DNA of 64,000 bases. Origin: Macrostomum lignano. Lineage: Eukaryota. The stretch is from assembly GCA_002269645.1 (NCBI GenBank), contig NIVC01001907.1:158931-222930 (forward strand), read 5' to 3'. Made by a program: the position numbers and the translations under genes. Positions 36,250 through 48,500 of the stretch are shown piece by piece. The notes below the pieces were generated by a model. The model had not been told where the DNA came from. It did no database searches and saw only the letters and a program-made list of their open reading frames with translations. Each line of letters begins with the position of its first letter. Positions within the stretch are counted from its first letter, which is position 1.

Positions 36250-37359
36250 CTATAAGACAGACAGACAGACAGACAGGCAGGCAGGCAGGCAGGCAGACAG
36301 ACAGACGCTAAAAGCAAACCAGTCTGAGAACAAAAGTAAATTTAGGGACAAGTTTTTTGCTGCTACAATTGGAAGTGAAATGTGTCTAAATCTATGTTGA
36401 GTCGTGCAGTCTAAACATTTTCTCTTTCAAAATCATCGCAACTCTCCATCCAAACTCCGCACGCACTGCAGCGCAACCAACGATCCCTACAACACGGACG
36501 ACATGCGGGTGGAGTTCACCCAGTGCTTCCCCCAGATGCCCCTGACAGTCGGCCAGGAGCTGGTCTTCAAATACAAGGACAAGCGGCACCTGCTGCTGCG
36601 TGTCAAAGAGCTGGAGCTCCTGCTGCCCGACGGCCGCACAGAGCCGGCTAAGATTGGCATCGTCTCTGGCAACACCATCGTCACGTTTGAGAAGCTGAGC
36701 GCCGACTCACCGCTGACCCTCACCGGCAAGGCTAAGGGCAAGCAGGTGGGGCTGATTGGAATGATATTGCTGCTCGCTTGACACGCTGCCTGTGTCTGTC
36801 TTAGTGTCTGTCTGTCTGTCTGACTGTCTGTCTGTCTGTCTGACTGTCTGTCTGTCTGTCTGTCTGTCTGACTGTCTGTCTCTCAGCGCCGCCCGCCCCG
36901 CCGCCACTCCCAGGTGTACCAGTCCATCATCAATCCGGACTGGAACTTCAGCATGATGGGCATCGGCGGCCTGGACAGAGAATTCAGCGACATATTTCGT
37001 CGAACATTCGCCTCAAGGATCTTCCCGCCGGACCTGGTGGAGCAGCTGGGCATGAATCACGTGCGCGGCCTGCTGCTGTACGGGCCGCCGGGCACCGGCA
37101 AGACCCTCATGGCCCGCCAGATCGGCAAGATGCTAAACGCCCGCGAACCAAAAATCGTCAACGGACCGTCCATTCTGGATAAATATGTCGGCGAGAGCGA
37201 GTCGAAAATTCGACAGTTATTTGCCGAGGCCGAGGAAGAGTACAAACGGGTTGGCAACAACTCCGCCCTGCACATCATCATCTTTGATGAGATTGACGCC
37301 ATCTGCAAAACTCGCGGCTCGGTTGGCGGTGGCACGCAGGTATGGAGGGTCTGTCTATC

Positions 37360-37445
<86 letters not shown>

Positions 37446-40001
37446 ATTTATCTATCTATATCTTCCCAGGTGCACGACACAGTGGTGAACCAGCTGCTAA
37501 CCAAGATGGAAGGCGTGGAGCCCCTGAACAACATCTTGGTGATCGGCATGACCAACCGCAAGGACATGATAGACGAGGCGCTGCTCCGCCCGGGCCGTTT
37601 CGAGGTTCAAATGGAGATCAGCCTTCCGGATCAGCACGGCCGGCTTCAGATCCTGGAGATCCACACGGGGCAGCTGCGCAAGAACGGCAAACTGGCGCAG
37701 GACGTTGACGTTCAGGAGCTGGCCAAGGAGACAAAAAATTTTTCTGGCGCCGAACTGGCTGGCCTGGTTCGGGCCGCCACAGTGACTGCCATGAACCGAT
37801 TGGTGCAGGTGAGCTCCCTGCCAAAGCCGTTTTGATCAGATCATATTTTGATTATCATAGCCACCGGAAGCTGAATTCCCGATTGACCGGAAGCTGAATC
37901 GCCGACATACCGGAAGCTGAATACCCTTTAGACCGGAAGCTATAAATACCCGATAGACCGGAAGCTAAATTTGGAAAATGACTAAAAAGGAAATACACTG
38001 AATCACCGGCTAATAACATTTGCAGGCCTCGGACACTGTCCGGCTGGATCCGGACGCCGTGGATCGCCTCCTTGTACAGCGCGGCGATTTCATGCACGCG
38101 CTCGAGCACGACGTCAAGCCGGCGTTCGGCACCCAGGAAGAGGAGCTGGACCGCTACATCACTGGCGGCATCATCGACTGGGGCGAGCCGGTGCAGCACA
38201 TCGTGCAGAACGGCAGCCTGGCCACCAGGGCCGCCCGCGCCGAGGCCGAGCAGAGCCTGGACAGCGGCCGGCCTGTGGCCCTGCTGCTCGAGGGGCCGCC
38301 TAATAGCGGTGAGTGATTGGCGTGTTTCAGTGTCACCTAGATGGTGTCTGTCTTGGTGTCACCTGGATGGTGTCTGTCTCGGTGTCACCTGGATGGTGTC
38401 TCGGTGTCACCTGGATAGTGTCTCGGTGTCACCTGGATGATGTCTCGGTGTCACCTGGATGGTGTCTCGGTGTCACCTGGATGGTGTCTCGGTGTCACCT
38501 GGATGGTGTCTCGGTGTCACCTGGATGGTGTCTCGGTGTCACCTGGATGGTGTCTCGGTGTCACCTGGATGGTGTCTCGGTGTCACCTGGATGGTGTCTC
38601 GGTGTCACTCCCAGACACCCTTTGGCATATCTGATCGGTGGGTGCAGTTGTGCATAGTTTAACTATCCGTGTTTTTTTATTCTCGGCGCAGGCAAAACCG
38701 CCCTGGCGGTGCACATCGCCCGCCAATCGGGATTCTCCTATGTCCGGCTGTGCACCAGCAAGCGCATGATTGGCTACAGCGAGGTGGCCAAATGCCAGGC
38801 TATTAAGCAGCACTTTGACGACGCGCACAAAGCCAAACAGGCCGTGATTATTTTGGACGGGTTAGAAGGCCTTATTGACTACAGCCCTGTTGGGCCCAGG
38901 TGAGCTGAATGCAGTTTTCTGCAATGAATTGCATCATGAGTCTTTTACTTGTAACTTAGGAATAGATATTTTAATTGCGTGATACATGTCTTGCAAAATC
39001 TACGCATATACTATTACTATCAGTAACAATGTACGAGTGTTACTGATAAAATACTACCTACATACTACTTAGGGGCAGAGTAGCAAGAACAGCGGTAAGC
39101 TGCGACTGACTCTCGCGCCACAGACCTCTGGCCCACCAAAACAGGGGCGCCCACACAGAGAGACAGGGGCGCCCACACAGAGAGACAGGGGCGCCCACAC
39201 AGAGACGGGGGGCGCCCACACAGAGACGGGGGGCGCCCACACAGAGACGGGGGGCGCCCACACGAAGAGACAGGGGCGCCCACACGAAGAGACAGGGGCG
39301 CCCACACCAAGAGACAGGGGGGGGCGCCCACACCAAGAGACAGGGGCGCCCACACAGAGACGGGGGGCGCCCACACAGAGACAGGGGCGCCCACACAGAG
39401 ACGGGGGGGGCGCCCACACCAGGAGACAGGGGCGCCCACACAGAGACGGGGGGCGCCCACACAGAGACGGGGGGGCGCCCACACCAAGAGACGGGAGCGC
39501 CCACACCAAGAGACGGGGGCGCCCACACCAAGAGACACGGTCGCCCACTGAAGAAGTAGCAACGAGTGTTTTGTATTAAAACATGACAAAGCAACCGCCC
39601 CCGACCCCAATGCCAGGTATTCGAACTACGTGCTGCAGGCGCTCCGCGATTTGATCACTGCGCCGCTGCCGAAGAATCGCAGCCTGCTGCTGCTGGGCAC
39701 CACCAGCTGCCGGGAGGCGCTGCTCGAACTCGGCCTTGTCCAGTGCTTCACGGCCGGCAAGATTCACGTCAGCAATCTCACCAATTCTGACGAACTGTTG
39801 GAGGCGCTGAAAAAAGTTGACAGCGCCGAGTTCACCAAAGAGGAGCTGGACAGGATCAAGAAGGAGACGCAGAATCGGCATTTGAATGTCGGCATCAAGG
39901 AGCTGCTCGACGTTGTCCGGATGACCAACAGGGTGGAGGAGATGGACCGGGTGCGCTACTTCCTGGATCGCCTGATCGAGGACGGCCGGCTGCAGGAATG
40001 A
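34761..40001 (+). CDS. NSF: Vesicle-fusing ATPase NSF, 747 aa, 9 exons
   Basis: Exons 34761-34870, 34978-35074, 35191-35312, 36472-36745, 36914-37339, 37470-37808, 38026-38308, 38692-38899 and 39617-40001 (2244 nt, all in phase). N-domain [11 protein letters not shown]; D1 [29 protein letters not shown]; D2 GPPNS/GKT. Confidence 0.97.
35365..36306. repeat. Compound (CAGA)n microsatellite in NSF intron 3, interrupted by a copy of NSF exon 2/intron 2 sequence
   Basis: Direct reading; 36009-36128 matches 35017-35136. Confidence 0.95.
36790..39545. repeat. Further NSF intronic repeats: (TCTG)n 36790-36885, (CTAT)n 37350-37460, GACCGGAAGCTGAAT-type 37860-37970, 22-bp GGTGTCACCTGGATGGTGTCTC 38330-38610, GGGGCGCCCACACAGAGACAG-type 39140-39545
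   Basis: Each of NSF introns 4-8 carries a different repeat. Confidence 0.9.
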
Positions 40002-41214
40002 AGCTTCATTCTGACTCTTTACATGTATTTGTGTGAAACTTCTGATAGTGTGGAATCGATTTGAAATCGTTTTAATTATAGTCGCTTCGTTCAATATTGC
40101 TAGCTTTATTCAGATTTTCTTTAACGATACGAGCTCGTTAAGTTAAAAAACACCGGAAATATTTCCGTGAAACACAGTTGTCCAAGTCTTTCCGGAAATA
40201 TTAAAAAAACACTGTTCTTTCATCTGTTTTGGAAATATTTCCAAGAATTATGTTCTCAGATTCTCTTTAGAAATATTTCCGGTGTTGTCGTTATGCCGTT
40301 TTCCGGTGTTATTAAACATCGTTAAATTTTTTAGAATTGTTGGAATCGTATGAGAAGATACGATTAATTAACACAAACTTTTGTTTAACTGTTCAGCCTC
40401 GCGACTGTGCCACTCCATTATCCGTGTGCTAATCAATAATTGCAGTAATTTATTTACCCCGTTCTTATGCGTACTCTGATGCCCTAATGAAGTCACTGAA
40501 ATTTAATCAGACTATATGTAATCGCCAACTTAAATGTTTTATTCCGCAAACACAGCGCCTTGTACTTTTGCTGTTGTTAAACAACTGCATGAAGTAGACA
40601 GTGGAGCTGTTGCCTTGGGCTCAATGTTAGCCAAGAAATTGTCGATTGAACTGTTATGGTTTGACATCAATGATTTAACACCCCAGTGCAACATTTCCAC
40701 ACAACCAGCGTCGAAGACACGTACCAATGCAAACCGTCATTTATTTAATAAATCGGGAGCCTGCACAGGTGCAGATTCAGTACGGGAAGTAACACTAACG
40801 TACATAAATAAGCAACATAAGAAAACACCATCTAGATAGCAGATTTGTAAGAATAGCATTGCTAGCAGTATGCTTATGCAGCCAATGCTCAGAGTAATAT
40901 TACTCGTAAAACTTTTTTTAGATATTTATAGTCTTTTTCTGTTATTTTTTGTAATCAGATAACTTTGTACAACAGGACAGCAAAGCGTACATATAAGTAC
41001 ATATTAGAATAAAATAATAAAATAAACGGGACCACAAAATAAACCAGCGGGACATGGATGAAAGAGATTAGAGATTAGCACAGCAGTTCATTACTAGTAT
41101 TAATTAAGTGAAGCCAAATGGCTAAAAAATGAAGCAATTAAAACTTGCGCCGCTTTGCGGCGGCTTAGTTTCACTGGGTAGTCTCACAGCAGGGAATCAC
41201 ATGAGAACTGGTTA

Positions 41215-41550
41215 TCTAACCACTTGTGAAACAGTTATCTGACCACCTGTGAATCGGTTATCAAACCACCTGTGAATCGGTTATCAAACCACCTGTGAAT
41301 CGGTTATCAAACCACCTGTGAATCGGTTATCAAACCACCTGTGAATCGGTTATCTAACCACCTGTGAATCGGTTATCAAACCACCTGTGAATCGGTTATC
41401 TAACCACTTGTGAATCGGTTATCTAACCACCTGTGAATCGGTTATCTAACCACCTGTGAACCAGTTATCTAACCACCTGTGAACCGGTTATCTAACCCCC
41501 TGTGAACCGGTTATCTAACCATCTGTGAACCGGTTATCTAACCATCTGTG
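41215..41550. repeat. About 23-bp minisatellite (ACCACCTGTGAATCGGTTATCTA)
   Basis: About 14 units. Confidence 0.95.
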
Positions 41551-41899
41551 AATACAGTGAATGATTAAATATACATACTAAAAATTTCAAAGCAATGCAC
41601 AAAGAAATTGAAAGCATATGCTGGTAAATTGTAAAGAGTGATTAAGTTAAATATAACTGCACACTGTTTAATGTTAACATGCAGATTTTAAAGCTGAAGA
41701 AATGCAATTTTGTTCAAAGCTGATAATAAATAAGGTGATTTTGTGAGACTTTTTGCTATACCAAACTACAAGTTCGTTTTATCGAAAGTCATTAAATTAT
41801 TGCAAACTTTTTCTGTAATGCATAGTAATTAATTTGACCCATTATCGATAATTTGTTTTCAAGCCAAAAACTGATTTAAGCACCAGATAAAGTAGAGTG

Positions 41900-42525
41900 A
41901 ACACTGAGATAAACAGTGCAACTCAGGGGTCAGACAGTGAGATAAACAGTGCAACTCAGGGGTCAGACTGTGAGATAAACAGTGCAACTCAGGGGTCAGA
42001 CTGTGAGATAAACAGTGCAACTCAGGGGTCAGACAGTGAGATAAACAGTGCAACTCAGGGGTCAGACTGTGAGATAAACAGTGCAACTCAGGGGTCAGAC
42101 AGTGAGATAAACAGTGCAACTCAGGGGTCAGACAGTGAGATAAACAGTGCAACTCAGGGGTCAGACAGTGAGATAAACAGTGCAACTCAGGGGTCAGACA
42201 GTGAGATAAACAGTGCAACTCAGGGGTCAGACAGTGAGATAAACAGTGCAACTCAGGGGGGGTCAGACAGTGAGATAAACAGTGCAACTCAGGGGTCAGA
42301 CAGTGAGATAAACAGTGCAACTCAGAGGGTCAGACAGTGAGATAAACAGTGCAACTCAGGGGTCAGACAGTGAGATAAACAGTGCAACTCAGGGGTCAGA
42401 CAGTGAGATAAACAGTGCAACTCAGGGGTCAGACAGTGAGATAAACAGTGCAACTCAGGGGTCAGACAGTGAGATAAACAGTGCAACTCAGGGGGTCAGA
42501 CAGTGAGATAAACAGTGCAACTCAG
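41900..42525. repeat. 33-bp minisatellite (CAGTGAGATAAACAGTGCAACTCAGGGGTCAGA)
   Basis: About 19 units abutting the predicted stop of the minus-strand gene. Confidence 0.97.
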
Positions 42526-45500
42526 GGGCTGACCAGATTGGCAAACAGCTGAGACGCCCGCCGGACGAGGCCGCTGCCGCTGCTGCCGCCGTCGGGCTGG
42601 AAGGAGATCCGCCGACAGGCGCTGCTGCTGGCCACCGAATGCTGCGAGCCGCGCGAATTCAAGTCGTCATCTTCGTACAGCCCGCCGCCGACGCTCAGAT
42701 CGTCAAAGCGGGTCAGTTCGGCCTCGCGGTCCCGCTGCCGCTGCACCCAGGCGTCGGCGAGGGCGGCGGCTCGGCAGCTGCGCGCTCTGGCTGGCTGCTG
42801 ATTCTCCTTGTCGGCGGCGGCAGCACGCAGCATCAGCAAGGAGGCCGACGGACTCGGCGAGCTCGGCGACCCCGGCGGCGACTCGCCGATGACGATGGGA
42901 CAGTGCCGGGTCCGCTCCGAGGCCAGTCGCTGCAGCCGGAGGCGGCTCCGCTTCGGTGTCGGCGTCTCCAACACTCGAACTCGGGAGCTGCGCCTTTTAG
43001 ACGAGTTGTTCTTTCGTTTATTCTTCTTATCCGCCTGCTGCCCGGGCGAAGGCGGCGTCCCAGGCGCGCCGGCAAACGACGCTGACGATGCCAGGCGGCC
43101 GGCGCCAACAATGGAGGTGGCGGCCACCGTGGCAGCCGGGACAAAGAGCTGGCGCTGGTCTGTGTTTGCGGGCGAATAGATAAAGAAAATTTTCAATTTC
43201 AATTTGGAGATTACCAAATTGCGTAGTCTAACCACGGCCGTCACTGCTTAACCTCTGCAGCGTTCGCGGTTTATCTGTCTGAATTTTCAAAAAAAACTTT
43301 CTTGGATAACAAAAGTGACAGTAATTATTTATGTTGCTTTCCAAGGTCAAGAGGAGGGTTGCGACTCGCTTTCATAAGCTCGAAACTTTATATTGACGAA
43401 TTCCTACTAAAAAATAAATGGGACAAATTCAAACTTTGAGATGGAGAAGCTTCGAGTTAAAGTAGTTTCAAGCTTGAGAAGTTTCAAGTTTGAGAGTCTT
43501 GAGCTTAAAGACGTTTCGAGCTTAAGAGATTTCGAGTTTAAGATGTTTTGAGTTTGAGAAGTTTCGAGTTTAAGAATTTTCGAGTTTAAGAATTTTCGAG
43601 TTTGAAAAGTTTCGAGTTTGAGAAGTTTCGAGTTTGAGAAGTTTCGAGTCGGAGAAACTTCGAGCCTGAGAAGTCTCGAGCTTAAAGCTTTTAGCCAAAC
43701 GACAGCAGTAAAACAAAGCAGCAGTCTCCTCACTGGTCATTCCGCGCAGCACTGTGGAGGAGGCGCTGCCGCACCGTGGCAGTCCGGACCGGCCGAGTCC
43801 ACCGTCGCGGCCGGTGTCGCACAGCACCGGCGGTTCAACTCCGCAATAGAAAGCCGGTATGGCCGGAGCGGCCGACAAGTCGGGAAACTCGGCATTGGCG
43901 TCCTCGATGGTGGCATCGAGAAGGCCGCTGCCGCTGGCGATGTCGTGCTGGCTGGCGTTCAAGCTGTTCAACAGAGGCTCGCCGTCCTGCGGAGCGTCGC
44001 TGTCTTCGTCTTCGTCGTCGCTGACAGGCAGCGCTATCTCCAGACGAATGTCTCGGACAAGCCGGCCAATGCCGGACTGACGGCTCGGCCAGACGGAGGC
44101 CAGCCGCTCGGACAGAAAGCTGGACACTCGGCCGTCCGGGAAGAATAAATGACTGCGCAGCTGGTTAAAGCTCTGCGGAAGATGAGAGCGGGGCCGGGCG
44201 GTTAACGACTGGCGGGGGCTGGAGGGATAAGATTGACCTTTGACCTGAATGACCTAGATTGACCTGAATGACCTAGATTGACCCGAATGACCTACATTGA
44301 TCTGAATGACCAGGATTGACCTGATGAACTGAATGACATAGATTAACCTGAATGACCTAGATTGACCTGAATGACCTAGATTGACTTGATGACTTAGATT
44401 AACCTGAATGACCTAGATTGACCTGATGACCTAGATTGACTTGATGACCTAGATTAACCTGAATGACCTAGATTAACTTGAATGACCTAGATTGACTTGA
44501 TGACCTAGGTTAAACTGAATGACCTAGATTGACCTGATGACCCAGATTGACCTGATGACCCAGATTGACCTAGATTTACCTGATGACCCAGATTGACCTA
44601 GATTGACCTGATGACCCAGATTGACCTAGATTGACCCGATGACCCAGATTGACCTAGATTGACCTGATGACCCAGATTGACCTAGATTGACCCGATGACC
44701 CAGATTGACCTAGATTGACCCGATGACCCAGATTGACCTAGATTGACCTGATGACCCAGATTGACCTAGATTGACCTGATGACCCAGATTGACCTAGATT
44801 GACCCGATGACCCAGATTGACCTAGATTGACCTGATGACAAAGATTGACATGATGACCTAGATTGACATGATGACCTAGATTGACTTACACTGACCTGAT
44901 GACCTACATTGACCTGATGACCTAGATTGACCTGATGACCTAGATTGACCTGATGACCTACATTGACCTGATGACCTAGATTGACCTGATGACCTAGATT
45001 GACCTGATGACCTAGATTGACCTGATGACCTAGATTGACATGATGACCTAGATTGACCTGATGACCTAGATTGACCTGATGACCTAGATTGACCTGATGA
45101 CCTAGATTGACATGATGACCTAGATTGACCTGATGACCCGCATTGACACGATGGCCTATATTGACCAGAGGACCGAAATAAATGCCACAAAGACATAAAA
45201 TTGACCCTAAGACTAAAATTTAACCAATGATCTTAATTGACCTAATAGCCTTTATTGGCCTAGATTGATCTATGCATACATGCGCAACCTCTGAAATTAC
45301 GCTGGCCGTGCGACTTAGTTTTCGATAAAAAATGCGACTTACCTATGAAAGAGCCAAGCAAAAACTTTAGGTAAACGGCAGGAGTAACTATGGCCATATT
45401 TTTAAAGCTAAATGCCTCGCCAGCTAATTAGTGCGGCGTGCAGATTCCGCGTTTTTATAACAGCTAATCAGTATGTCATCTAGTGGCGGCATGAAGCAAT

Positions 45501-48500
45501 TAGTAAATTGTCAGTACAGTGTAGTGAGCATACTACAAAAGTCATGATTCATGAATGTCCAGAAGTAAGTGAATACAGTGTGACCTATAGCTCAAGAACG
45601 ATTTGCTAGACGATTTGGCATGGAAGATGAGAGCCCTGATTCAGATGGCTCATCAGATGCAGAATACGAATCCAGTAGAGATACAAGCTGTGAAAACCCA
45701 CAGATTTTTAAACCACTGAATTCTAATTCCCGGAACTATTTTTGCATAGATTCTAAATTTGAAGTCATGCTCAAACAAAAACTTGTTAACAGTTAGGAAA
45801 AAGGCAAAGATGGGAGTAAATGCATGTTAAACTAAGATTTGAGGCCTTTGCAAATTCTCTCCATTCCTCAATCTTCTCATCCTCTTTTTCTTCTCTCTCA
45901 TCCCTTATCCCTTCTCTCTTTCCTCTCCTCTCTCCCTCTCTTTCCTCTCCTCTCCTATCTCTTCTGTCTCCTCTCTACATTCTTATCTCTCCTCTCGTCT
46001 CTCTCCATTCCACTCTACTCTCTCATCTTATCTTCCCTCTCGTCTCTCTCCACTCTACTCTCTCATCTTATCTCTCCTCTCTTTTCTACTCTCTCATCTC
46101 TCCTCTCTTCACTCTCCTCTCATCTCCTTTTTATCCTCTCTTCTCTCATCTACTCTCTCCTCTTTCCTCTTTCCTCTCTTCTGATCTCATCCATCATCTT
46201 TTCTTTCCTCTTTCCTCTCATCTCCTCTTCTCTCTCATCTCTTTTTCCTCCCTCAGCTTTTCTCTCCTCTTCTATCTTTTCTCCCATCGCATCGCTCGCC
46301 TCTCCTCTGTTTGCTTATCTCTAATCTTCTATTCCCTCTACTTTGAAGTAAGAAAATATGCACATATTTTTGCTGAAGATAAGAGGAGAGAAGAGGGCAT
46401 TGAGGAGAAAGGGTAGAGAGAAAGGGGGAGAAGAGAGGAGAGAGAAGAGGGAAAAGGGGGGAGAGAGAGAAGAGGGGAGGCAAGGTAGAGAAGAAGAGAG
46501 AGATGAGAGTTGAAGAGACACCAACCTTGCTACAAGGGGCGTCCGGAAAGTAGTGTTACTTTTGCTTGGTGTGGACGTATGGACAGTCACACTTGCATGT
46601 GCTTGGTGTCATTTGAAAGCGGCAAGTCTCTTCTTTAAAATGACACCAATTGCAAGAGATTTGAATCTGTGCTTCAAGAGAGATATGGACGATTAAGTAG
46701 AGAAAGGTCAGTCATAGACTTACAGAACCTCAAAAATGTCAACAGAAAACTTTTATCACGAGCGTAATTACTCCAGAAAAAAACAAAAAACACAACAGTA
46801 CAGTACAGAAGCAGGTGAAACAGATAACAAGCAAATTATCACACAAGCGAACAACATTAAAATCATTCATCGGTTGGCAGACTTGTCATCTTGCTGACAG
46901 CATGGTCGCCATGAGCTGTGCAAAGTTGCCTGTGGATGTCAGCCGATTTGGTTCCAGAGCTCCAAAGTGTAAAGATGGCATGTCGCTGCCCAGTCTTTGA
47001 ATGCACATCCATTTGCAGTTCACAATTGAAAATTGAATGTCAATAAACTTTGCAGGCGCAGCAGAAGCAGTTTTACAAGTCTCGTAGTTTTATGAGACAG
47101 CCCCTCTCGTTCACTGCATCACATTTGGCCATAGACAGCCCATGATTACGAAAAAATCGATAAAATCGTAAAAGTTTTCTGTTCACATTTTTGAGGTTCT
47201 GTAAGTCTATGACTGACCTTTCTCTACTTAATCGTCCATATCTCTTGAAGCACAGATCCAAATCTCTTGCAATTGGTGTCATTTTAAAGAAGAGACTTGC
47301 CGCTTTCAAATGACACCAAGCACATGCAAGTGTGACTGTCCATACGTCCACACCAAGCAAAAGTAACACTACTTTCCGGACGCCCCTCGTAGTTAGGAAG
47401 TTTCAAAGAACCCGAGGGGCGAGGGCCAGATAGAGGGGCTTCGCGAGCTTGCCAACCCCTGCTCCAGAGTTTAAGAAATCAATGGGAAACTGTTGACGCG
47501 GGCTTCTGATTTCAAAGATCTTGTCTGTTGTTGAAGGCTTCTATTCTGTTTTTGCTCTCCTGCCACACTTGCACCTACTACCCCCTGATTGCCTCTTATT
47601 GCGACTTAGTTGCTTCTTTTTGCGACTTACCTAATCCTTTTTGCGACTTGCTTAATCCTTTTTGCGACTTACCTAATCCTTTTTGCGACTTACTTAATCC
47701 TTTTTGCGACTTACCTAATCCTTTTTGCGACTTACCTAATCCTTTTTGCGACTTACCTAATCCTTTTTGCGACTTACTTAATCCTTTTTGCGACTTACCT
47801 AATCCTTTTTGCGACTTAACCCTTTTGCGACTTACCTAATCCTTTTGCGACTTACCTAACCCTTTTGCGACTTACCTAACCCTTTTGCGACTTACCTAAC
47901 CCTTTTGCGACTTACCTAACCCTTTTGCGACTTACCTAATCCTTTTGCGACTTACCTAATCCTTTTGCGACTTACCTAACCCTTTTGCGACTTACCTAAT
48001 CCTTTTGCGACTTACCTAATCCTTTTTGCGACTTACCTAATCCTTTTTGGGACTTACCTAATCCTTTTTGCGACTTACCTGATCCTTTTTGCGACTTAGT
48101 TTGCTTCTTTTGCGACTTACCTGATCCTTTTTGCGACTTACCTGATTATTTTTACAACTTAGTTTGCTTCTTTTGCGAATTGTTTTTCTTTTGCTTCACC
48201 ATTTTCCCTGAACTGCTCTTTCTTTCGCTTTCCTCTTGCCTTTCTTGGTTCTTGTGTTTTTCTGTTTTTGGTTGACTCAATTTTGCGACTTACCCCTGGT
48301 CAGCCATGATTTACGGTGGCCGGATCGGCCAGCTCGGCCAGCAGTTGCGCATGTATGGATCTATGTGACCCAACTGACAATACATCGACCCAGCCTGTTG
48401 GCGAATACATTGATCCAAGTCTTCAACAATTTGCTTACCCATTTAACCAACGCCTCGCCGTCTGTCGAGTCGATATCGTCAGCGCAGCCAGCTTGGTCCA

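Noticed and set aside
35187-36317. Long SVCL/QTDR ORFs on both strands
   Set aside because: Translations of a (CAGA)n microsatellite inside NSF intron 3.
37500-38870. NSF substitutions KMEGV (usually KxDGV) and D2 Walker B LDGLE (usually DDIE)
   Set aside because: D1 Walker A/B and arginine-finger motifs are intact and D2 is largely non-catalytic; likely ordinary divergence.
40154-40290. Repeated GGAAATATTTCC palindromic motif resembling an NF-kB site
   Set aside because: Looks like a decayed local repeat downstream of NSF; no evidence of regulatory function.
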